A stretch of 63,800 nt of DNA, the filler included, from Phoronis australis (Eukaryota > Animalia > Phoronida), in NCBI GenBank assembly GCA_002633005.1. It is 10 parts of 10 records of this genome, joined end to end, with 100 filler letters (N's around TTAATTAATTAA, not from the genome) between each part and the next. Parts side by side here need not be neighbours in the genome. Positions count along the whole stretch, not along the records: positions 43,678 to 48,995 come from NMRA01001430.1; positions 49,096 to 53,398 come from NMRA01002154.1; positions 53,499 to 56,369 come from NMRA01003357.1; positions 56,470 to 58,852 come from NMRA01003699.1; positions 58,953 to 62,513 come from NMRA01002957.1; 5 more parts are not named here. The stretch is one strand, 5' to 3'. This document shows, piece after piece, positions 48,581-61,039 of the stretch. The notes under the pieces are model-generated. The model saw only the letters and a program-made list of their open reading frames with translations, made no database searches and was not told the DNA's origin. Each line of letters opens with the position of its first letter. Positions within the stretch are counted from its first letter, which is position 1. The position numbers and the translations under genes are program-made.

Positions 48581-49095
48581 ACCAGTCGAACATATCTCTA
48601 TTAAGCACCGAATTGTTTGTTCAACAGATCACGAACCATTTCATTGCACATGATTTACACTTCCTACGTCAGTCATACTGGTTTTGTTTACGTATAAAGC
48701 GCTATCTGTTGACAAATATAAAAGCCAATCAGAACCTCCGATATAAAAATGGTATGAAAATGACTGGTGTCTTTCCCCTAGCGGATATGCAAGGAACCAG
48801 TGAGAGTGAGACCCTAGCGTTACTGAACTCTTCTATTACGAAAGATTAATATATAGGCACAAATAAAACGATAGCCTGGTTTCTGGAAAGAATTTCTAGT
48901 ACAGTGAGTAGCAAATCAGTAATGAATTTAAGTGTGGTGATCTCTGCGCCCAGCTGTCTGTATCATGAAAATCGTGTTCAGTTTTCGGGCCGATCNNNNN
49001 NNNNNNNNNNNNNNNNNNNNNNNNNNNNNNNNNNNNNNNTTAATTAATTAANNNNNNNNNNNNNNNNNNNNNNNNNNNNNNNNNNNNNNNNNNNN

Positions 49096-50246
49096 ATTCG
49101 TTTGGAAGGTCTTCTTTCAGGAGAGGGCTCTTGTTTTGTGGGACCCGTTGTTGGAAGTTCCAGTTTCGTGATGTCCGAGAACTGCAAACTCATGCACTTA
49201 AAATTATCCGGAACTATGTCTGGGTACAAGGCATAAATCGGTTTTTCATAGAAGAGACATGTGAAATTCCGTTCCGTGAAGTGACCTAGTTGCTTTAAAA
49301 GGTCTTTGTGTTGCTGCAATTTCTCGATGGTGTCCCCAGACTCTTGTAAGTACTGGGAGTAAGCTATAGACGACTTCAATCTGTTACTGTTTCGCTCGAT
49401 TCCTGCAAGTTTTTCAGTGGTATCATACGACAGCATTTTGCTTTTCTTCTCAACAGTACCAAGAAGCTGTTCTTCCTCTTTGTCTATCGATTGTCGAACC
49501 TTGTGAAAATGTTCTTTAATTGACTGGGTAGCTCTTTTCGTTTCACTTTCTATCATTGAACTTTGCTGCTTTAACTTGGCCGTGCAGGACTCGAAAAACC
49601 CTGAAATTGGCAAGACGTCCTCAAGCAACTTACGAACATCGTCATCAAAACGAAGAACTGCGGTTTCTGGATTCGTGACCTTGTGACTGTCGTGTTCAAA
49701 CGCCTTGCACAAAACACATATGGGTACGCCACAATGTTCACAGAACATTTCCAACTCCTTGGTCGTATGAACTTTGCACATTTGCTTTCGACAAGAGCGC
49801 ATCTCTTCGAAGTATTTTCCCTCTTTCACTTCCTCCAGCTTCACAACTTTATGACTTATAGTTTGCCTCGTCTTAGTGTGTCCTCCAGCACACGTAGAGC
49901 ACAGATTGTCCAAGCACTGAATACATTTGAAAGTAGCCAAACTTTCTCGAGACATTATAGCACAAAGGTCACACATCACATTATCCTCCGCAGGAATACA
50001 ATCAACCAGGCCGTTGATGAAGAAGTTGTCTTTGAGGCCTGCAACCCCATTAGCCGGAACTGAAGTGGTTTGGTTGCAGAGAGGACATCGAAAGGTTTCG
50101 CTTTTTTTCGTCTTGGCTACATGATCACCGATGCACTTCTCGCAAAATGTGTGCAAACACGGCAGTGCCTTCGGTCTGTTGAAAAGGTTAAAACAAATGG
50201 AGCACGATAAGCCTTCTTTGATGTCTTCTAACTGTTTGGCAGCCAT
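49096..50246 (-). CDS. TRIM (RBCC) E3 ligase, TRIM2/3/45/56-like, 3'-truncated by the contig end
   Basis: GCCATGG start just after acceptor TATTGCAG. RING (CSICFNLFNRPKALPCLHTFCEKC...CPLC), B-box1 (CDLC...CIQCLDNLCSTCAGGH...H), B-box2 (CKVH...FCEHCGVPICVLC...H..H) and a coiled coil. No stop before the spacer. Confidence 0.9.
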
Positions 50247-51998
50247 GGCAGCACCTGCAATACAAGTCTCCGTTAATGAACTCAATTTTCATCAATAACA
50301 CAAGTGACATCTCAAGTTCAAAATGGCTTTATTTTTGGGTCTTGCCTTCCCAGGAGTTTTTTAAAAGTTCACGAATGTCTCGAAATGCAAAAGAAATCTA
50401 ATTTGTTTTGTTTTTGTAATTCATTCTACACGTCGTATTTTGACGAGTATTTTGATACTCGTCAAAATAAGACAATCGTTCCCATCGGGACCTATATTTA
50501 AAAATAAACGCTAAAATTGTGCTTCGCTTCCAAAGTTCAATGATTTTCTTTTGTTTTTTTAATCAAATTATTTATTTCTTCATGTATATCTCATTCCTGT
50601 ATTGACTTTTTTGCTTCTTTTTATTTCACATTGCTTATTTCTTAATGTAGAATTTTTTTGACTGGTTATATGCAATTTACTTGATATTCACTGAATTAAT
50701 TTTAAAATGTCTTGATGGTTTTTGTTTTATACCCTCGAACGGCCACCTCATAATGTAATTTTGTTCGTGTGTCATTGTAAATTAAGTTTCTGAGAAAACT
50801 GCCCGTCTCCCTCACAGTAACACACCTGCCAAAAGTGATTCGTCAACCATTTTGACTTATTGGGACGCGGACGATGAAGCACAGCCACAAAACAATAAAA
50901 AATTCACGTCAGTTATATTTTTCTCAGTAGAAATGAACACCAAGTTTCATGAAGACCCCATAAGGACCGTGGTAATGCCATTAGTGGGCGCCACAGTAGT
51001 CGATTCGTCCCGTTTCGTATGATTTCTAAATACTCGACCCAAGGCACATGAGCGATCCATGTGTACAGCTACATGTAGGTACTTTCATAAGAATGGCCGC
51101 TATTGTTTGACTGGATTTCTTTGAGCAGAAGAATCAGTAAGAGCCAAAGCAAGCTGTGACCCTTTGATTAAACTAACGCTGTATTGCGCTTCTGAATGTG
51201 CAATTGTTTGTAACCAATATGCCGGACTTCGCTGGCACTAAAGAGCTGATGTCGAAGTCCTGAATTTTATAGGTTGTAAAATAAATGCAACTTGACGATC
51301 AGATAGATACAGAAATTCGTGTTGAAGGTGTCAGAGCTCCGGGTTTTTTCGTAAATAGATGAACAGGTTCTTTTTTCGTAAATAGATGAACAGCCTACGA
51401 CTACGGGCTTTATCTTTCACTACGGTTACCCACTTCTATTGGCTGGAGAGCCAGAGAGAAAAAAATCATAGGCAAAAGAGTCGTTTATTAACGCCACGGA
51501 AGTTTCTTCGATTGAAACGTAATGTTCCTTGAGGCCATTTGTAAATTTAAATACCATTGGCACCACAAAATAAAACGTACATACCTGTTAACCTTTCATG
51601 TCATACGTGATACATTCATGTACCATTTGTTACAACACGTCCTCCCCGAAGCCGTGGGAATGGCGGTCAAGTTAAATTACCGTCGTCTATTGATAACATA
51701 AAAAACTGTTGTGGCGGGTTTTGAATACGACTTGGGCCAGTAGCACGCACCCGGGCTCGCAACTAAAATGTAGCCAGATTTCTGCTTTGGGTGACTAATG
51801 TATTAACAGTTTCACGATTTTTGCAAATCTGTAATAATCACAATGTGATTGATATCCACGATTATAAAATATTGTTTTGCTAAACGCATTGCATGGAAAT
51901 ATTTGATAAAGAATACAACAAAATACGATAAAGAATACATGTACAACAAAATACGATATCGAAGTAAAGGCTTTGCTCACGCCACATTTCAAATGACC

Positions 51999-53398
51999 CA
52001 AATTCAAATTCAAATCCATGTATTTCAACATTTAAGGCCTTGGCCCACATGTTACATACAATTTACAGGATAACGCTGAGCAGCTTTTCCTTGAGAGCAG
52101 TGGAGTGAAATACAAATTTCATTAGATTAATCTGAGCAATGGGCTCCGACATTTTCATTAGTTTTACAAATTTATGTTTATTTGGTTCACGCCAGCACCA
52201 CTCAGGTATAAATGCACTTCTCAGAAAGCAGTACATTTTACAAACACATATAAAATGGTATTCATCTTCAATTAGGGACACACAGAAACAACACACACGG
52301 TATTTTTAGTCCACGAGAGTATGTCTACCTTTCTCTATCATCAAGTCGGGGTTGGAGAAACGTAATTTAGCCATAGCTGCTAAAAAGATATATGGAATAT
52401 CACGCAACAGATAGGATTCCATTTCAAAATCAATTTTAAATGAGAAATATGTATTAAGTTTTGAGCTATTCTCCACAACAAAGTTCCAGTCTTGTAAAAA
52501 ACAATCTTTAATTCGCTGCTCAAAAATGACAAGAAACGATGCTTCGCAGCCAACTCCCTGATTGTACCATACCAAACCAAACCCATACCTTTGCAGCAAA
52601 TTCCTAACAGATGAAGCCCAAGTTTTCCTACCAGCCTCATCCAATGTGACAAGCTTGTCATAGACAGATTTTGGATTTCGATGTGCGGGCATTTTTAACA
52701 ATTTAAGCCAATATTTGATCAGTTTAACAAACAGATTTACATAAATTGGATACCTTCCCAGTTCTCCCAGGACAGCATGATTTGGACAGTTAATTCCAAC
52801 ACTCAGCAATTGCTTACAGAATTTCAATTGGACGCGCTCGATACTAGAGTATTCTTTAAATCCCCAAATCTCACTTACATAGCTAATGATTGGGTATACC
52901 ATTTTATCAAAAATCTGGAGTGCGATTTTCGGTGAAAGTCGTCCACATTTTGACTGAAAACGTTTAATTGAAAAAATTGCTTTTTGTGCCTGGTGAGACA
53001 AAGTTTCCGTAGCTTGCGTCCAGACTAACTTAGGTGTAAGGCAAATACCCAGGTACTTATATGATGAGACGACATCAATTTTGTCATTTCCAAAATGCCA
53101 TTTTTCGTATTTTCTCAATGGTCCGCCCTTTCTAAATACCATTATTTTTGTTTTTGTAAGGTTGACTTTCATACCCCAATCCTGACAGTATTCATGCAGA
53201 GCGTTAATTTGTTGCTGTAGTTTAAATGCTGTCTCTGCACAACCAACCATATCATCAGCGTATAGCAACATACAAATTTGAGGCACATTCTCATTTACGT
53301 AAATTCCGCTAATTAAAGATTCTCTTAAGTAATCAACAAACTCGTTCAAATACATACTAAATAAAAAAGGACTAAGCATACACCCTTGGCGAGTACCA
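51999..53398 (-). mobile_element. 3' portion of a non-LTR retrotransposon, RTE-X-like
   Basis: RT motifs QGCMLSPFLF, LLYADD and YKYLG, then GELGRYP and C-terminal IEKGRH...CCFC...IEDEYHF..C. One in-frame TAA at 52306-52308. The 3' tail is (ATTTGA)n at 51999-52015. The clade call is from motif recall. Confidence 0.85.
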
Positions 53399-54254
53399 NN
53401 NNNNNNNNNNNNNNNNNNNNNNNNNNNNNNNNNNNNNNNNNNTTAATTAATTAANNNNNNNNNNNNNNNNNNNNNNNNNNNNNNNNNNNNNNNNNNNNAA
53501 TGATCACCAGTCTGATGATAAATGATCATCAGTCTGCTCATAAATGATCACCATTCATAGTATCATACATTGAGACCGTTTTCAATCACTTATGATTTCT
53601 CAGTGATAAGAAATCATAAAATGATCATTAGTTATGGTAATGCTTGCACGGAAAATAACATTAACCATTAATACGAATTGTTATCAGCCATTTGTATCAT
53701 ATCACAAAAATTTCGCAGGGTGTCTGATACACTGGTTGCATCAGTTGGACGCAGGCCTATCAACTGGGCCCATTGCACGTAACACTTGACATTATTTGCT
53801 CGTTTATTAACATCCACACATACACATACAAATACACATACAAATATAACACTTATGCACAAATTGAGACCGAACTGAGGATCTGAAGATCTGACTTAAG
53901 GGTTTAGCAGTGGGGTCCAGTTAGATTTAAACCTACAACCTTGTGAACTGGAGGTGGACTCTCAGCTCACCATCCATCACTGCCTCTTATCACATCGTGC
54001 CATGCGTATGACTATAGAAGGGATTGATATGAATTCGTAAAAAAATTATTTACAACAAATTATGATCAATGAAAATGCTACTATGTAGATGGTGATAGGT
54101 ACTCAACGATAAATTTCATGTTGCTGCTGAACTGAAGCTCCGACACTATATAGTATGAAACTGAAATTCAGTAACTTAATTTTGATAAACCTTCAATGGA
54201 CCAAAGATCCCCCCAGAGGCGGAGCTTGGGTAAGGAAGTTGGTTTGCCTTGGGA

Positions 54255-54313
54255 GGCACATCAGTAGGGGGCGGCACATCAGTAGGGGGCGGCACATCAG
54301 TAGGGTGCGGCAC
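54255..54313. repeat. 18-bp tandem repeat x3
   Basis: Unit GGCACATCAGTAGGGGGC. Confidence 0.9.
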
Positions 54314-54445
54314 TGACAGGTGGATGGCTGCACAAATGACTAGGAGTTACACAAGTGTCCCTAGTTATGTCTCTGGTCTCTGTTCCTCTAATGTGAAATC
54401 TACAAGCTATGAAACTACCATAAATTGCTTTTAACTGTTTTCCAG

Positions 54446-54549
54446 GTAATTGTTGCCAGTGCCCAACTGGTCAGGTATATGATGACATGGGTGAGTGCGT
54501 CCGTGAAGATGAGTGCGTCTGCACTGATGAAAAGGACATTGAGTACCCT
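54446..54549 (+). CDS. Exon of a vWF/mucin/SCO-spondin-type Cys-rich protein (end of a TIL-like module)
   Basis: TTTTCCAG...GTAAGT, 104 nt, phase 1-0. Encodes GNCCQCPTGQVYDDMGECVREDECVCTDEKDIEYP. Confidence 0.8.
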
Positions 54550-55141
54550 GTAAGTATTTTATTGTGCTTGTTGCCCCTGAATAATAGTAAGAGAAGGTGC
54601 CTGTTTATGAAAGTATATTTATTATCAATTGGTCCTTACTAAGTTGATGTGACACAGTCCACCTTATCGTAGATGCTGGATGAATGCAGTGTGTAAACCT
54701 AGGATTTACAGTTTTGGAGAAACACTCGGCAGTTTAAAACAAATTAATGACTTTATTGACCACACAGTATGAAATGAGTAAAACAGCCACAATAAGATAT
54801 ACAGATATTTACTGTCGGCAGGAACGGGTGTGTTCCATAGAACCAACACGAGCAAAGGATTTGCAGTGTGGAAACTGCGACAGTCACTTCTTTTCCCAAA
54901 TTAACATTCCAGCACCATCAACCAATCATTGCCTGCCTTTCTCTCGCATGATTTTGCGTGATTTCCTTCTAAACAAGTTTCTTGCATCTACAGAATACAC
55001 AACAGCACTGGTGTATTGTACCGAGTTGCAGACATCTCTCTCTCTCAGTTTTTTTAAATACTGTTGAATTTGAATGGTGTAGCTGATGTCACGTTGCATG
55101 AATTTGTCTGCGTGTTCACTCCTGTCTCTTTGTGTTCACAG

Positions 55142-55304
55142 CTGAACCAGCCGTTCACTGTGCCCTTCCTTGAAGCCTGCAACAAGACTTGTCGCTACAT
55201 CATCAACTGCACACGGGTGTGTGAGCCAGAATGTCTGCTCAAGGCTTGTCTGACCGGCTATAAGATTTACAAACCTGAGGATGGCTGTTGTGAATGTGTT
55301 AAAA
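55142..55304 (+). CDS. Next exon of the same Cys-rich protein (VWC-like)
   Basis: TTCACAG...GTAAGT, 163 nt, phase 0-1. Encodes LNQPFTVPFLEACNKTCRYIINCTRVCEPECLLKACLTGYKIYKPEDGCCECVK. Confidence 0.8.
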
Positions 55305-56605
55305 GTAAGTACTGCAGCCTGCTGTTCGAACGAACTGAGGAAAACGAAAGAATGAAAATGTTTTGGTAAATTTGGTTCAAATCGTAATTAATTCACCTCT
55401 TATTTAGCACGTAATATGGCTGATGAGTGGAATTCTACTTATCCAATTTTTTTCATAAAAATGAAGATAAAGAAATTGTAATGTGTAGACAACAACATTT
55501 GGTGAAGTTTCCACTATTTGTAACAGAAGAATGAGCCTTTTTGAAAAATGTAAACGACAGTTTTGGCGATTATTTTTGTCTTAAATAAGTGGAAAGTTAC
55601 TGTTACGTGACAAAAGAAAGTCATGCAGCAGTAGCATCATAGATTATAGGCAACAGATTCGCAACTCCGACATTTTCTTGCGCAATATCCTAGAGGAGGC
55701 GCCACTCTCCTAAATTATCTGTCCCTGTTTCCGGTTAGTGTATTGTGACGACACGACAGCCGACCGTGATTAGCTGACGACGTACTTCCCAGAAATAAGA
55801 CCAGATAATTTGGCCAATTGTCGCTAGTGAATAATGACGTCATTGCTTCTGTAAGAGCACAGATTTCATCCATTGAAAGTATACGGAGGTGGCGGTCCAT
55901 GTACTATAGTCTATGGTAACATGTGTAACAGGGGTATTGAAGCATTCCTGTTGTGTACAGTAGACTGCTTAGAAGCTCAATTGATATTTTAGTGTTGCCT
56001 CATCAGCACTCAGACTAGTTTCCTCTGGGGCCTCTGATCCAGCGTAGTCTTAGAATGTTAGTTATATGACGTTGGTTTGTAAACTGATGCCCACTTGTTC
56101 TATAACATCTCTTATATGTCTGGTCTTTGCCAAATGTATTTGTGTTATGAGGACTCAGTGGAGTAAAACAATTTGCACACCCCTGTGTTGCCCTTGCCTC
56201 CAACAAGTAGTATGCATTAGTATAGGTTGCCACAGCAGATAGGCAGGACACGACTCGCACTGAAAGGAAAATAGCTAATAAAAGACCTCTAAATATGCAT
56301 TAATCTAAAGGAACTAGACTGAGTGTAAAGAGGCTACTAACTGGAAGGCACCATGATACGTGAACTAAGNNNNNNNNNNNNNNNNNNNNNNNNNNNNNNN
56401 NNNNNNNNNNNNNTTAATTAATTAANNNNNNNNNNNNNNNNNNNNNNNNNNNNNNNNNNNNNNNNNNNNGTTGCGAGAGATTTGGTATAGGTTTCGAGTG
56501 TTTGGTGGGACCTCTCTACCCATCGTGCGGGAGACATCCCTATTAATGTTTTAAATATCAATTCATTGGGGATCCCTACACCATATGCCCCTTTTGAAAA
56601 TACTT

Positions 56606-56636
56606 TTGTTTGTTTGTTTGTTTGTTTGTTTGTTTG
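56606..56636. repeat. (TTTG)n microsatellite
   Basis: Directly visible. Confidence 0.9.
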
Positions 56637-59182
56637 TGTGTTGGTTTTAATAAATATTTATCGGATTGAATTGTTTACATTACTTACAACTTCATAAAAT
56701 TGTAAGTGTGACCTTTATAGCACGAAATGTTTTTACTGGTCTATAATTCCTGTGTGACTGGACTCACCTGAAAGGTGAGCTTTAAGCGACACATACCACC
56801 AGTTTCCGGCTTGTTGTTGACTGCAGTTCTCACGTTATTGTTCAAAACTGAACGCGCACATGTCTTAACTAAGAAATCGTAGAAACACGAAACCAGCGTT
56901 CTCATTGAATATATACCGAGACCGTTTGTGAACTATTGCAAGGTTTTAAAATGAATATCCCATTACGTTCTCTAAATTAAAATAATGCTATGTAAAACTC
57001 GGCAATCCTCAAAATTTACATGAGGGAATTTGAAAACTTCTGACGAACTCTGCTAAACAGGTAAGCGCGACCTATGTCAGTCGAGTTACACGACGGCTGT
57101 AATGACATGGCATGGTTATGTGTCTCATTTTTCATTTTGGCCTGGTATAAATATTGCAGCAGGCTTGGAGATCCAGCTCACACCCAACCACAAAAATACG
57201 ATTGCTAAATCCCTTATTATCCCGTTGTGCTGCGAAGTCGTACTTTTACATGTTTCTGGCTTAAGAGTGAACGTTCTCCTGGATGTAGTTTGTCACTATC
57301 ATGCACAAAAAGTCTCAGAGTTCAACTTCAACAATTGATAACACTAAATTTAAGATCAAAATAATTGTTTATTTTCACAATCAAGGTCCTTATAGCACAC
57401 ATTAGCAAGTTGTTTGCACGCCAGTTTTGTTGAAAGAAAACAAACCTAGCTTTTGCGGTTTTGTCATTAGGAGTCCAGAACACTGGCAATGTTTCTGTCT
57501 CGAACTTTTCGATGCTAAATAAAATCAATCTTTGTAACGCTAACTTTGTGCAGATGCATAACTGAAGACGTTTTGCTTCAAAAGAAACGTTATGAATGAC
57601 ATCAGCTCGGTTCTCATTTATTGTTTTAACTTTCCTTACACCCGAGTCTTTCTTGATCGCCGCCATTTTGATATGCGCAAAAGTTACTGGGAAATTGTTG
57701 GTGCTCGGATGAGATTCCCCCAGCATCACACTTGGTTGCGGAACAAATCTGGTTATAGGTTTCGACTATCACTTGGAGAATTTGTAGCGTGAACAAGTAT
57801 ACTAAGGGGATCAAATTCCTTAAATGGTTATTTATTCTTAATCTTCTCACAATCTGAAAATTGTTTCTAAAACCACGCGTAGGTACATGATTTCCTTGAG
57901 TTCATTTTGTTATTCGCTTCCCAAATATTGTCAGAAGATGCTTTGTCTTTTAAAGTATCTAGCTTTCCGTTTTATTTTAAGCCAAACTTTTAAATTGCTT
58001 TAATGTCCGAAATAGCTTCCTCGTGTCTGTCTCGCAATCTACACCAACTCGGCTGCACTTTCCTTCCAAGAAAGCAAGCTAATCCTCGTCTATTCAACCC
58101 CCCCCCCCTCTTTGAAATCAGTCCTTGTTTATACTACATCTACATACACGGTAGAAGAACAAATGCAATCGAACAGAATGAAGATGAACAACGGGGGTAA
58201 AGCAATTTAAACAATTGGTAACTCATCAAGTGTCTCAGCAAATGTCAGGAATTGACTATAGGCATCTTTTTGTTATTTTCTAAAAGACTGGTTCAATTTC
58301 ATCTGCATTTTACCAGAAAGATTGGCTATTATATTATGTAAAACAACGATTGGTTATTTCATAGCTGCAATAAAATCGCCTAGGTACGTCAAACACTTTC
58401 GTTTCGTTGAATTTATTGTCTGACATAAATTTGACCTTACCCAGACGAAGAATGATTTCCTAGCTATACGGAAGAATTGTCCGTTCGATAGACTAGTGCA
58501 TGAGTGAGACCATGTTCATAACACAAAATGACACGCCGTGACAACTTATCGAGAGTAATGTCAACAGTAACGAGGTGTCACTTCTTCACAATCCCAGAAA
58601 TCTTTAAAACGAGTTAAGACCAACTTAGTATCAGCTTTGGAGATGGTCTAAATTTTTAACGGAGGGGAGTTTATAGATACTTTAAGTAACATTTTTCAAG
58701 TGTTGATTATACTTTATATGGGTGTATATCCAAAATGAAACATTTCCGTAGAGCAAAACGTCAACTGTTAGATATTGTGCCTATAGGCCCATGCACCCAA
58801 GTTTCGCTTATAGGCGCACGGGAGTCCTTCATATAAGCACATGTCTTGCAGTNNNNNNNNNNNNNNNNNNNNNNNNNNNNNNNNNNNNNNNNNNNNTTAA
58901 TTAATTAANNNNNNNNNNNNNNNNNNNNNNNNNNNNNNNNNNNNNNNNNNNNAATGTATAGTCCTGTCATTGTCTATTACGCTGTCACAATCTTGACTTT
59001 GCGACACCTACTACATTTGAAGCCCGTTTAAAGCATGATGAAACACTCACTATTATTGGTTGAAACCAAGGCCTGGGATTGTATTGTTACCATGGCAACA
59101 CTGAGCTGCCACAGAGATGAAGGGCATAGGTTGTCTAATATGTGTGTGTGATTGTCCTCATGTTTTTATCTGTTGCCTGCAG

Positions 59183-59296
59183 ATGACGATCAGGAGGGCG
59201 TTATGGACAACCTGCTGGAGGCACTGAAGACTGGAACAGCGTTCAACGTGAGGGAGAAGAAGGAAGGTCGACGGAGGACGCCTAGAGCAGCTGGGG
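59183..59296 (+). CDS. dia: Diaphanous formin, penultimate exon with DAD motif
   Basis: CCTGCAG...GTAGGT, 114 nt, phase 1-1. Encodes DDQEGVMDNLLEALKTGTAFNVREKKEGRRRTPRAAG (DAD consensus GVMDxLLEALxxGxAF plus a basic patch). Confidence 0.9.
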
Positions 59297-59583
59297 GTAG
59301 GTGACACGAGTAAAGGGCTATAGGGTCAAGGGTTATAGGGTCAACGTGTAGGAGGTAGAGTGTCGACGGCGAACTTTTGCACACCGGTGGATGTGTCTCA
59401 GGGTCGTGAGGTCTGTCTTGGATAGAGCAAGGATCAGTGGAGGTAGCCCAAAGCATTTGAGGGAGGGGGTGATTCGTAAAGTTGCAACATTCAAAGGCAG
59501 TAGTTCTGGCTTATCAGGCTGTCTGTTTATCTTGTTTTTCTTCATTTTAAGGTGTAGTATTCAAAAGTTTGTCTTCGGGTGTT

Positions 59584-59589
59584 TGTGTG

Positions 59590-59621
<32 letters not shown>

Positions 59622-59622
59622 T
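59584..59622. repeat. (GT)n(GCGT)n microsatellite in the last dia intron
   Basis: Directly visible. Confidence 0.9.
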
Positions 59623-59671
59623 ATTTGCGTTTCAAAATAGTAACTCCACTGATGTCTTGTTTTGGTTTCAG

Positions 59672-59964
59672 CTGAAAGGAGAGCACAGTTGGTTAGGTCA
59701 AGGTCAAGGTCAAATATGTCAAGTGGGGATATGAGTGTTGTAAAGGAAATAAACTTTGATGATTCTGTGTCGGACACTCCGCCTAAAGCACCAACGCGGC
59801 GGAGGATAAAGGCGGGGGACATCGAGAATGGACGTGAAAGGAACAGTGTTGTCAGCTCAGGGGACCGAGCAAACGTGAAGGAGAAAATACCGAATGGCGG
59901 CAAGGGAGATGGAAATGAAGAATCTGACGCGGAAGCGTTGTTGGCGAGGCTGAAAGCGTTATAA
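59672..59964 (+). CDS. dia: Diaphanous formin, terminal coding exon
   Basis: TTTCAG acceptor. Encodes AERRAQLVRSRSR...DAEALLARLKAL-stop. GAERRAQLxRSRSR is recalled from Drosophila Dia. Confidence 0.85.
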
Positions 59965-60803
59965 CATTTGGAGGTGACATGTAGAAGTCAGTAACCATCC
60001 AGGAAAGAGATGCTGTGATGTTAGTCTTTCTGTTGATCTTGCTGAAAATTACTTCCATGAATATTGTCAGCAAGGAGTATTGCATTAGTGTTTGTGGATT
60101 TGAATGTAAATTGTGATCAGGGTTCGTGGAGATTTCGTCGTGTAGTTTGGACTGTTTGAACAGTGTTTGGTTGGCTGAGGTTGCATTCTTTTAAATAACC
60201 ATGAGACTAGTAGGGTAAGATGTTCCTTTGTTGGTGCTTAGAGGGATATTCCAGCTTATGCCTTTGTTTTAAAATATGTAACACTCTCTGTGTTGATGTT
60301 GACAGATTTGCTGTTGAGTTGACTTCCCCTTCTGTTGACAGGGGGCACTGCTGTCCTGTCTGTTTTATACATTAAGTTTGTAGAGAACTAGTTGAGGTTT
60401 TGTATAAGTTGCAAGTGCTGTAAATAATTGGCTGTAAGCTTTGTCAATTGAGCTTGAATTGTACATAGCGTAAAGAGGGCGTTTCTCACTTATAAAGGGG
60501 AAGGTTGCTGATATATTTTTTTTGAGTGATGATGTGGATAACTTATATCAAGTTGTTATCTTTTGGTGGGTGTGTTGAGATGCAGCTGCGTAAATGTGGT
60601 TGAGTTCATACTCTGAGTTTTTTGTCACAGCGTGACGATTTGAATTGTGTGTTTTCTGGAAAATCGTTTGATGAAATATCATCAACTTAGTTCTGAGGCC
60701 TGTTTCATGAAGTGACTTAAGGATTTCATCAGAAATCTTGTCTTTGATATTGCTGAATATCTTTTCCCATGTAATTGTTAGAACATCACAGTTTAGCTAT
60801 AAT

Positions 60804-61039
60804 CTGGGCTTGGAATTATGCTCTTTAAAGATGATTTCCTCTTTTTTGGGTTTCGATTTCCTCTCATTTCATTTCCTGTTTCCTCGTTTTTTGTACCTTT
60901 TTATCATTATTTCGTTGTTATCCATGCAAAAAGGTTTACTTCAGTTCAATTTTACAATACAGAAACTATTTCTATCCCACTAGCCTATGTATATGTGGAC
61001 CAGTCACACAATTTTTGTCAGTAGTCATTTCAAGCCCTG
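60804..61039. mobile_element. Short TIR element downstream of dia
   Basis: Ends CTGGGCTTGGAA and TTTCAAGCCCTG, flanked on both sides by TATAAT. A second, diverged copy starts at 62323. Confidence 0.65.

Noticed and set aside
49096-53398. TRIM plus reverse transcriptase as a coupled defence or retron-like system
   Set aside because: The RT is an ordinary non-LTR retrotransposon 3' fragment with its own tail and a premature stop. Adjacency is expected in a repeat-rich genome.
53905-53990. Another tRNA/SINE-like fragment on the minus strand
   Set aside because: The A and B boxes are too degenerate to support a call.
34746-55304. Cluster of extracellular or immune genes (PKHD1L1, SVEP1, TRIM, vWF-like)
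   Set aside because: Each is on a different contig separated by artificial spacers, so there is no evidence of linkage.
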